Source: Planctomycetota bacterium (GTDB taxonomy: Bacteria; Planctomycetota; PLA2; JAEUHO01). From it: a DNA stretch of 64,000 nt. Shown here piece by piece: positions 18,594 through 26,947 of the stretch. The notes below the pieces were generated by a model. That model saw only the letters and a list, made by a program, of their open reading frames with translations, did no database searches and had not been told where the DNA came from. Positions within the stretch are counted from its first letter, which is position 1; each line of letters starts with the position of its first letter. The position numbers were made by a program, and so were the translations under genes. The stretch spans positions 76,444-140,443 of the forward strand of contig CBDCTJ010000005.1 of NCBI GenBank assembly GCA_965222115.1, read 5' to 3'.

Positions 18594-21355
18594 GCACCTC
18601 TTCTAAACAACACGGCTCCCTCCCACCAAGCGACGGATCGCGTAAGCAGAGCTCCCCGGAGGTGCGCAAAGTTCGCACCAGGCTCGGGTTGTTGCGCGCG
18701 CGTGTGCGCGGCATTCTCGCCACGGTAGCCACATGCAAATGGATCGTCGCTGCGGTCGGGGCATTGGCCGCATTCTTTGTCGCCGATTGGTTCCTCGACC
18801 TGCCCATGCATGTACGTCGTTTTCTGCGCTCGGGTCTCTTGACCCAACCGGAAACGTGGTCGGTCTTCGCGTGGTTGGCGGCGCTCGCGATAGCTATCGC
18901 CGTCGCGGTGGTATTTACGAAAGCACGCAGGCGCACCGCACCCTTCTTTGCGTTTATCGCCTGTGGTCTCGTTGGACTCTTGGCGTGGTTTGCCTATCAG
19001 CAGTTTGCCCCCATCGGCGCACGCATTCGTGACGAAGAGTTGGCACTCGGTGTGGAGGCCCGTCACGCGGGGCTTCGACATCGCTTGGCGTCGGCGCTCG
19101 ATTTCGACAAGACCATTCAGGGAACGACTGTAGAGAGTCCCCGAGGTGAAAGCCGCGAGTTGATGGAAGCCATGGTGGCCGAGACCACCGCCGAAGCGAA
19201 AGGCGTCAAGTTTGCGCGCGCTGCCAATAGCGCACCGGCCACGCGTTGGGTATCGCTTGCAGGTTTGGCACTTGCGGGTGCGGTGATCGCCATGATTGCG
19301 TTGCCGGCAACCAAACTTTGGGCACGACGCAGCCTGTTATTGGAAGACGTGGACTGGCCGCGCGACACCACCATGCTCGCCGTAGATGTTGACGTATTGG
19401 ATGAGGCGAAGGCCTCGTCGGGCGACAACGCCAACGTTTCCACAGAAGGTGACTCAAACAGCGCGATCAATACGCGCATCACGCCACACGATCCTAAGGT
19501 GCCATTTTCCGTAACGGTGGGACGACCGCTCACGATCTACGCATTGGCCGAGGGCGACGCGCCCGATGAGGCCTACTTGTTGGACTTCGTCGAAGGGCAA
19601 CAACCACTTTCGCGCCGCATGTATCAAGTGCCGGGACGCGACCATCTCTTCGCGTTTGAGTTTCGCGATGTGCGCCGTCCGTTCACCTTCATTCTTCGCG
19701 GGGGCGATGACGACGATGACCGCCCGGTCTATTCCGTGGAGATCAGCATTCCACCGCGCATTCAGTCCATTCAGACGTCGGTGACCTACCCGAGCTATCT
19801 GGGACTGGACGCCACAACGCACGATCGCGGCAGCGTGAGTGTTCCTCAGGGCTCAATCATCAATGTCACGTTTGTGCCCGATGTCCCATTGTCCGCTGCG
19901 TTTGCATTGGTCGGCGGCAAACGCAGAGAGGTCACGCCCGTAAAGGTCCCCATGGGCGACAGCGAAGCCGACGGCTACCGCTTCACGTCCACGACGGAGT
20001 CATCGTTCCGCTACTCACTGGTGCTCGAAACACAGAGTGGCAAACGCAATGAATCGGCCGCCGATAGCTACGAAGTGCGAGTCAAAGAAGACCGCGCGCC
20101 TCGGCTCGACTGGATCTTCCCGCGCGGGTTGGGTGAGCGCACGGCCAAGGGACGTATTCCCCTGTTGGTGCGTGCCTCGGATGATTACGGCATTGGCAGC
20201 CTTGCGCTTGAGTTGCGGGCAGGTGGTCAATCGGTTCAGCGTTTCGAGTTAGGGAAGGACGTAAGTGAGTCCGGCGAAGAAGAGTCCATAGCCACTGAAC
20301 TGCGCCGTCGCCTACTGGAAAACGCCAAGATGGATGGTGATTTAGGCCGCGGCCAAATCCTTGCGTATGTACCCATCGACATTCCTATGCTGCGCGACGA
20401 CGAAGGTGTGCCTGTGTCTTCGCCCTCCCGTGTGAGCTTTCGCTTTGTCGCCAAAGACACCAAGGGGCAAGTTCGCGAAGGCGAGTGGAACGCCATGGAC
20501 ATTTCGAGTGCCGGCGACATTGAACGCGGTCTGAGCAGCAGTCGTGCGTCGTTGCGCTCACAGCTTGCCGCGTTGCAACGCGAACAAAATGCTCGCCGTG
20601 ATGATGTGGCAGCGATCCTGACCGAGTTCACGCGATCGGGCGCCGTCGATACCGATACCACACGCGCCGACCGCGCCGAGGCACTTCGCAGCATTCGCTT
20701 TCGACAGGGACGCATCGCGCAGGATGCCCAACGTGCCACACGTGCGCTGATTCGCATCTTCAATGACTTTGTTTACAACCGCCTCGGTGCGGCCAATCCT
20801 AATGAGCGCATCCTTGGCTACCTCAATCGCTATCACAATCAGACCTTTGGCGTCCCAGCGGCGGTTCGCGATCCCACGTTGCCTAAGTCAGCGCGTACAT
20901 CAGCAGATAGCAGCCGCTCCTCGGATGTGAATGCCAATGGCGATCCCGTGTTTCCCTACCGCCTCTATGACGACATTCTGGATGCGTGGCGCAACAAGGT
21001 CATTTATGACAAGGGACTCATTGAGCGCATGTTGTTGGTGATGCAGGACGCAGTGGATATCGCTGCGCGCCTTGCACCGAAAACACACACGCTGGCGATC
21101 GACGCGGCGGGCGGCTCGCGCGCAAAGCGTGGCGCGGATGCACCCCTCGGCGACGCACTAGAGACAGAACGCAAACGCATCAATGACCTGCTTAACTCGC
21201 AGGAGTCCGTGCTGGCGTCACTCGATCGACTGCTAAAGGCCATGAGCGGCTGGCAGAGTTTGAGCGACCTCACGATGGCGCTGCGCGGCATTGTGGAAGA
21301 GCAAGAGAGTCTTCGTGACCGCATGGAAACGATCGATTCGGAAGGATCGAAGTAA
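18590..21355 (+). CDS. DUF4175-like membrane protein (TMs, Ig-like domains, coiled coil)
   Basis: N-terminal TMs; RLASALDF, WPRDT, PPRI..V.YPSYLG, DRAPRL..P, ASDDYGI motifs typical of this planctomycete family. ATGA overlap with the upstream gene. Confidence 0.7.
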   Translation: MSTSSKQHGSLPPSDGSRKQSSPEVRKVRTRLGLLRARVRGILATVATCKWIVAAVGALAAFFVADWFLDLPMHVRRFLRSGLLTQPETWSVFAWLAALAIAIAVAVVFTKARRRTAPFFAFIACGLVGLLAWFAYQQFAPIGARIRDEELALGVEARHAGLRHRLASALDFDKTIQGTTVESPRGESRELMEAMVAETTAEAKGVKFARAANSAPATRWVSLAGLALAGAVIAMIALPATKLWARRSLLLEDVDWPRDTTMLAVDVDVLDEAKASSGDNANVSTEGDSNSAINTRITPHDPKVPFSVTVGRPLTIYALAEGDAPDEAYLLDFVEGQQPLSRRMYQVPGRDHLFAFEFRDVRRPFTFILRGGDDDDDRPVYSVEISIPPRIQSIQTSVTYPSYLGLDATTHDRGSVSVPQGSIINVTFVPDVPLSAAFALVGGKRREVTPVKVPMGDSEADGYRFTSTTESSFRYSLVLETQSGKRNESAADSYEVRVKEDRAPRLDWIFPRGLGERTAKGRIPLLVRASDDYGIGSLALELRAGGQSVQRFELGKDVSESGEEESIATELRRRLLENAKMDGDLGRGQILAYVPIDIPMLRDDEGVPVSSPSRVSFRFVAKDTKGQVREGEWNAMDISSAGDIERGLSSSRASLRSQLAALQREQNARRDDVAAILTEFTRSGAVDTDTTRADRAEALRSIRFRQGRIAQDAQRATRALIRIFNDFVYNRLGAANPNERILGYLNRYHNQTFGVPAAVRDPTLPKSARTSADSSRSSDVNANGDPVFPYRLYDDILDAWRNKVIYDKGLIERMLLVMQDAVDIAARLAPKTHTLAIDAAGGSRAKRGADAPLGDALETERKRINDLLNSQESVLASLDRLLKAMSGWQSLSDLTMALRGIVEEQESLRDRMETIDSEGSK

Positions 21356-24300
21356 TGAACGAACAATGGCTACGCGATCCTCGCCCTGGTAGGCACGCGC
21401 CGCGTGCACGCAACAACAGTTTTGACATGGAGAGCACGATGAACACGACCACCCGCTTGGGCATGACGCGATGGGTTCTCGGACTTGCCATCTGCTTGGT
21501 TGCACTCCTCGCGGTGCCGCGTTTTGCGCGCGCCAAAGACGAGGCGAACGACTTGGATGCGAAGAAGGAAGCTGAGCGCTTCCTCGCCGACCAACGTCGT
21601 ATCCAGGGCAAGATTCTTCAGCTCGAAGACAATATGAAGGTCTTGGCGGCTGAACTTCGCCGCACCGGCCACGAGTACGAGGCCAAGCTGCTTGAGAACG
21701 GCCTTTCACACCTAAAGACCAGTGGTATCGGCGGTTATGTGTCGGCTGTGTTGGCGGCCCTCGGCGACAAGCAGCCAGAACGCGCGCGCGCCGCGGCCGA
21801 TCAAGTGCGAGAGAGTCTCGGCGAACTGCTTGCCATTCTCGAAGACCGCAATCGCGAGTTTACTGAAAAACAACTCAAGGAACGGATGGAAGCCACCAAG
21901 AAGGCAACCGAGGTGTCCAAGGAGTTGATTGAGCGCGAAAAGAAGATCGAAGAAAAGCTGCGTGACCTCGCCGAAGGTAAGACGAGCGACGCGGGCAAGC
22001 AGGCGTCGGAACTTCGCGATCAAGTAGAGAAGCTCAAGCGCGAACACCAAGAGATCAATGAGGCTATGAAGGATGCAGCCTCGAAAACCAAATCAGACAA
22101 CCAGACCGATAAGCAGCGCGAAGAAGACGCGCGACGGGCGGCCGAGCAACTTGCGCGCCTCAACGACATGTTGGCGCGTCAGAAAGAAGCGTTGGAGAAA
22201 ACTCGGAACGCCGAAGAAGCCAACAAAGCGAATGCCAATAAGAGTGACGCGAAATCAAAGGACTCAAAGTCCGATGATGGCGACAAGCGCGATCCCACAG
22301 CGTCGAGTTCGAAGGCGAGCGAGGCAGCAAAGGCGCGGCAAGAACAGGCAAAGAAGCTCGCCAGTGATGCGGCCCGACTTGCGCGGGCCGAGCGTCTCGC
22401 CCAGCAGAAGCTCATGCTGGATCAAACGCGCGAGGCCATTGGCAAACAGGCTCAAGCACTCGCCGAGCGCGTCAAGCGCGAACGCGAAGCATCCAAGGCG
22501 CGGGCAGCAAAGGAAGCCACCGAGAAACTCGCCAGCGAAGCGAGCGCGGCCGGATCCAAAGCACCTGCATCAAATGACGACGCAAAGGCGGCTGCCGAAA
22601 AGTTGGATGCGATGGCGGCCAAGGCGACGGCTGAGGCAAAGAAGCTGAGTCAACCGTCTGAAAAGAACGCCGATGCTTCATCAAAGGACGAGCCGTCAAA
22701 GAGTGGAGAGTCGTCCAAGAGTGGTGATCCAAAGGGCTCTCCTTCTACTGCCGATCGGGCTGCCACTGATCCGGCTGCCAAGGCAGTTCAAGATGCTTTG
22801 AAAAAGCTCGCTGAAGCAGCAAAGAAGTCGGCCGATGCGGAACGAGGCCGTGCAAGCGCCGGCGGCAAGGGCGATCAAGCAAAGGCGGCATCGAAGACCG
22901 CAGAAGAAGCGCGCAAGGGATTGCGAGCGGCAGCCAATGAACTCAAGAGCGCCCAACAAAAGGCGTCACGCGCACGCGCCGCCGCCGAGAAGCGCGCCGA
23001 TGCATTGGCGAAAGACGCCGATCGGTTGAAGTCCACCACCGATTCGCTGGCGAAAGAAGCCGACAAGTTGCGCGCCGCGATGGATGCCCTTCAGAAGCAA
23101 GCGGAAGCCGCAGCGAAGGCCGCTGGGGCTCCAGCAAACGCAAACGGCGGTTCGCCAAGTGGCAACGCACAGGCGGAAGCTGCGCAAAGGGCTGCCGACG
23201 CCAAAGCGAAAGCAGCCATGGCTGCGGCCAAAGACAAACTCGACGCGCTTTCCAAGTCGGTCGGCGAAGGCAAAGACAGTGATGCCGCAAGTGCTGCGAC
23301 CGCCGCCGAAAAGGCACTCGCAGAAGCCGCAAAGGCACTTGGTGCCGACAGTAAGGGGTCACAAAAGGCTGGATCGGAAAAGGGCGACGAGGGATCAAAT
23401 TCGGGTGGCGAGTCGGGTTCATCCGGTAACGAGTCGGGTGAGAACAAGACTGGCGAGTCCGCTTCGAGTTCGTCGAGTCAACGAGAAGCAGCCGCCAATG
23501 CCGAGTCGGAACGCGCGAAGGCCGCGGCCGCACTTGCTGCGAAGCTAAAGGCACTGGCCGAAGCCCATCGCGCTGCGAAGCCCGGCAGTAACGCCACAGG
23601 TGACGAATCGGGTTCTGCGGGTGAACAGAATGACTCCGGTGAATCGGATGAAGCGTCTGCTAAGGCCGCCGAAGAGGCAGCCAAGCGCGCCGATGCAGCA
23701 GCGGGCGCAATGAATCGTGCTGGCGAAGCCATGGGTGAAGGCGATACGGCTGGCGCCATGTCGGCACAAGATGAAGCCATTGGCAACCTTGAAGAAGCTG
23801 CCCGAGCATTGGGTGAAGCCATGGGCGAGGCCAATGACGGCTCGACCGGCGGCGAGTCGGGCCAATCATCGGAAGCCGACTCCGAGTCAAACCCATCCGG
23901 TGAGAACGGATCGGAGAGCGGCGGTTCCGAAAGCGGCTCGTCCGGTGAACAGAGCGGTTCAAGCGGCGAGTCACCAGGTGTCTCTCCGGAAGAACTCGCC
24001 GAGATGCAAAAGAAGATTCGCGAAGCCACTGAAGCGCTTGCCAATGACATGCGCGGCGGCGGATCCGAAGGTAGTGACTCAGAAGGCACTGATTCCAAAG
24101 GCAGTGACTCGAGCGGGTCTGAGTCGTCTGGATCGGAGTCATCGGGTTCTGAGTCATCCGGTAGTGAGTCCAAGGGTAGTGAATCAAGTGGATCGGAATC
24201 TTCGGGATCGGAGTCGTCTGGTTCAGAGCAGAGCGGTTCAGAACAAAGTGGCTCCGAGAGCAAGACACCCAATCCTGAGAAGGCCCCCAAGGTGGATGTG

Positions 24301-25728
24301 GCCACGGAGTCCATGCGCGAAGCCGAAGAGGCTCTGGAGCGTGGTGATTTGGATACGGGTCGCCGGGCACAAGAAAACGCCGTGCGTGAGTTGGAAGAAG
24401 CGGCGGGCGAACTCGCAGAGAAGACCCGTCGTCTCCGAGAAGAGGCCAAGAAAGCTGAAGCCCTTGCTGAACAACAACGGAAACTCGCCGAGCGCGCAAA
24501 GAAGCTCGCCGAGCAGTCGCGAAAACTCGATGCGAATACCGACAAGGCAAAGGACGCCGCCCGTCGTGCAGCCGACGCGCTCAAACGTGCCGAAGAAGGC
24601 ATGAAGAAGCAAGCGCAGCAATCCAAGAGCGGATCCCAGCAGTCCGGCTCGCAGCAATCCGGTTCACAAGAATCTGGTTCGCAGCAATCGGACTCTCAAC
24701 AGCAACAGCAGCAACAAGAACAAGTGCAACAAGCGCTCGACGAAGCGCAGAAAGCCCTCGATGAAGCGGCGAAGAGCGAAGAGAGCACGCCGCCCGATTA
24801 CGACCGCATCAAGAAGCAGTTGATGGACGAGCAAGAAGAGGTGCGCAAGCGCCTCAAGTCGCTCAAGGAAGCGCTTGAGAAGAGCGAGTCGGACGGTGCG
24901 CAACAAAGTTCACAGCAGGCGCAAAAGTCCATGCAGCAGGCGCAGGATCAGATGCAGATCGACTCCCCCAAGACGGCGGCCGAGAGTGCAGAAGAAGCGC
25001 GTAAGTACATGGAAGAAATGAAAGAACAACTCGAGAAGGAACAGCGTCGCTACCAGTCGCTGCGCCAAGAGGAGTTGCTCTACCGTCTCGTACGCGATCT
25101 CAAGTCCTACCGCGATCGCCAAATTGAAGTGCGCTCCCTCACCAAGGAGTTCGCGGAGAAGATGGCGCTCAAGGGACGCTTGAGCCGTAAGGACAAGAAG
25201 AAGGTGCGTCGCGTATTGGCGAAGGAGCAAACGCTACTGGCCAAGCTTGTCGCCGAGCGTCTGGAAGCGGTCAAGAAGGAAGAATCCACGGCGTTCGCTG
25301 CCATCATGGAAGAAGTGATGCTCGATATGCAGGCCGTTGCAGGCATGCTTGAAGACATCGACCTCGGCCCGCTCACCGTGGGCATTCAAACTGAGATCAT
25401 TCAGCGCATCAGTGACTTGGTTGGCGGCTTTGAAGACATCATTAAGCAGAAGCAAGATCCCCCCGGCAACGAACCCCCGCCGCAAGGTCAACCCAAGCCC
25501 AAGCTCGTTCCGCCCATCGTGGAGATCAAGCTATTGCGTCGTCTCCAGAACGACCTCAACGTGAAGGCCCAGAACTTCTGGCGCCGCAATCCCAAGCTCC
25601 AGCAAGGCGAAGTGACCGAGCGTCAACGGCGCATGCTTGAGCGACTCTCCCTCCAGCAGGGACGTTTGAAGAAAGTGCTCGACGAGCTGATTCAACAGGT
25701 ATTTGGACAGGAAGAAGGTCCTAAGTAA
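21355..25728 (+). CDS. Giant exported coiled-coil protein with Ser/Gly/Glu/Gln low-complexity repeats
   Basis: 1457-aa ORF with TAATG coupling, signal peptide, long Ala/Lys/Glu heptads and C-terminal PKLVPPIVEIKLLRRLQ. Start may be 21439. Confidence 0.8.
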   Translation: MNEQWLRDPRPGRHAPRARNNSFDMESTMNTTTRLGMTRWVLGLAICLVALLAVPRFARAKDEANDLDAKKEAERFLADQRRIQGKILQLEDNMKVLAAELRRTGHEYEAKLLENGLSHLKTSGIGGYVSAVLAALGDKQPERARAAADQVRESLGELLAILEDRNREFTEKQLKERMEATKKATEVSKELIEREKKIEEKLRDLAEGKTSDAGKQASELRDQVEKLKREHQEINEAMKDAASKTKSDNQTDKQREEDARRAAEQLARLNDMLARQKEALEKTRNAEEANKANANKSDAKSKDSKSDDGDKRDPTASSSKASEAAKARQEQAKKLASDAARLARAERLAQQKLMLDQTREAIGKQAQALAERVKREREASKARAAKEATEKLASEASAAGSKAPASNDDAKAAAEKLDAMAAKATAEAKKLSQPSEKNADASSKDEPSKSGESSKSGDPKGSPSTADRAATDPAAKAVQDALKKLAEAAKKSADAERGRASAGGKGDQAKAASKTAEEARKGLRAAANELKSAQQKASRARAAAEKRADALAKDADRLKSTTDSLAKEADKLRAAMDALQKQAEAAAKAAGAPANANGGSPSGNAQAEAAQRAADAKAKAAMAAAKDKLDALSKSVGEGKDSDAASAATAAEKALAEAAKALGADSKGSQKAGSEKGDEGSNSGGESGSSGNESGENKTGESASSSSSQREAAANAESERAKAAAALAAKLKALAEAHRAAKPGSNATGDESGSAGEQNDSGESDEASAKAAEEAAKRADAAAGAMNRAGEAMGEGDTAGAMSAQDEAIGNLEEAARALGEAMGEANDGSTGGESGQSSEADSESNPSGENGSESGGSESGSSGEQSGSSGESPGVSPEELAEMQKKIREATEALANDMRGGGSEGSDSEGTDSKGSDSSGSESSGSESSGSESSGSESKGSESSGSESSGSESSGSEQSGSEQSGSESKTPNPEKAPKVDVATESMREAEEALERGDLDTGRRAQENAVRELEEAAGELAEKTRRLREEAKKAEALAEQQRKLAERAKKLAEQSRKLDANTDKAKDAARRAADALKRAEEGMKKQAQQSKSGSQQSGSQQSGSQESGSQQSDSQQQQQQQEQVQQALDEAQKALDEAAKSEESTPPDYDRIKKQLMDEQEEVRKRLKSLKEALEKSESDGAQQSSQQAQKSMQQAQDQMQIDSPKTAAESAEEARKYMEEMKEQLEKEQRRYQSLRQEELLYRLVRDLKSYRDRQIEVRSLTKEFAEKMALKGRLSRKDKKKVRRVLAKEQTLLAKLVAERLEAVKKEESTAFAAIMEEVMLDMQAVAGMLEDIDLGPLTVGIQTEIIQRISDLVGGFEDIIKQKQDPPGNEPPPQGQPKPKLVPPIVEIKLLRRLQNDLNVKAQNFWRRNPKLQQGEVTERQRRMLERLSLQQGRLKKVLDELIQQVFGQEEGPK
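24058..24260 (+). repeat. Coding pentapeptide repeat (SGSES/SGSEQ)n
   Basis: GSDSSGSESSGSESSGSESSGSESKGSESSGSESSGSESSGSEQSGSEQSGSES, encoded with varied synonymous codons. Confidence 0.85.
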
Positions 25729-25864
25729 GCAGTTTCGGCGCGACGCACCCGCGGCATTTGATTCTTCAAGAACCGCTGGCTCGCGTTTGTGTCATACTAG
25801 AGAGTGGATGTTGCGTAAGCGCTGTGTTTGCAGCCGTTTCGCATGCCACCGCGGAGGTACTCGC

Positions 25865-26752
25865 ATGAGCCTTAAATCGATGAGCCCTAACCCGATATGT
25901 CGAGCACGCTGGCTGATTCCAGCGGTTGCGCTTGGCTTGATGATCGCACTTGCACCCGCGAGTCGCGCCGAAGAGGAAGCCGGTGGCGACCTCAAGGAGA
26001 AGATCCGCAAGCAGATGGAAAAGATTCGCGACCTCATGAAAGAGAATGAGGACGCACTTCTTGATCTGAGCACCGGTGGGAAATCCAAGCCCAAGGCGGT
26101 GGACGTCGAAGTGCCCAATCCGCCTTCCTCTTCAGGCGGCTCGTCGTCAGGCGATGAATCGGGAAGCTCGGGCGAATCGGGATCATCGGGTGAGTCCGGT
26201 AGTGAATCGGGATCAAAGGGCGAATCTAATAAGGGCACGGGCGAAGAGATCCGTCGCAAGCTCGACAAGTTGATCGAGAGTCAAAAGGGTGCCTCCAAGG
26301 CCATCCCCAGCGAACTCGAAAACCTCGTCAAGATGATTCCCTTGTGAAACAGTTGCAGCGGCCAGTTTGGTTCGCAGTCAAAGTCTCAGAAGCCTCAAAG
26401 CGGTTCAAAGAACGGTGAAGATCAACAAGCCGATGCACGCGACGCGCGCAGCAAGGAGTTGTCGGAAGCCGAACGTCGTCGCCGTGAACGCGAAATGGCG
26501 GGCAAAGAAAACCAGCCCCAGAACGGCGAGAAGAGCAAGGATCCCACCGCGCGTGGCAACAACGCCAAAGAAGATCCAAACGCCGATAAGGTCCCCACGC
26601 GCGACGACAAGTTGGCGCCGTGGATCACGGCCTTGCCGCCGGAGTGGCGCGATGCTGCCAAGGCAGGCGTGTGGGAGAAGATTCCTGCGCGCTATCGCGA
26701 GCTGCTTCGACGCTACAGCAAGGACTTGCAGAAGAACGACACGGAACGTTAG
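25865..26752 (+). CDS. Secreted protein with in-frame TGA (codon 161) in a UxxC motif: candidate selenoprotein
   Basis: GGAGGT RBS then ATG 25865, signal peptide. ORFs 25703-26347 and 26459-26752 share one frame, separated only by TGA 26345-26347. Read-through gives IPL-U-NSC-SGQ..., ending WITALPPEWR..IPARYRELLRRY. Confidence 0.65.
26348..26378 (+). promoter_or_regulatory. Putative bacterial SECIS element
   Basis: Stem GCG-GCCA / TGGT-(T)-CGC (26358-26375) starts at +11 after UGA, with apical loop GUU at +18 to +20. Confidence 0.5.
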
Positions 26753-26789
26753 AAAGACAAACGTTAGAAAGACAAACGTTAGAAAGACA
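26745..26789 (+). repeat. Perfect tandem repeat, 3 x 15 bp (AACGTTAGAAAGACA)
   Basis: Copies at 26745, 26760 and 26775, plus a degenerate CGTTAGAGCGAC. The first copy contains the TAG stop of the preceding gene. Confidence 0.9.
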
Positions 26790-26947
26790 CAGGTCGTTAG
26801 AGCGACTCACTCGATTTCGCTCACCTAAAACGCCGCGAATGCCGCATGCATTCGCGGCGTCTTCATTTTTTGGTAGGTCCCTCACCTGCGCTCAAACGTG
26901 CGCCCCGTACACTCGGATGCATTCGAACTGTGTCGGAGGACTTACCG

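Noticed and set aside
22943-24657. Long antisense and alternate-frame ORFs (for example 23478-24626, 23660-24550, 23717-24604)
   Set aside because: Shadow ORFs of a GC-rich, low-complexity coding sequence.
26745-26806. CRISPR array
   Set aside because: The 15-bp units are contiguous with no spacers, and there are no cas genes.
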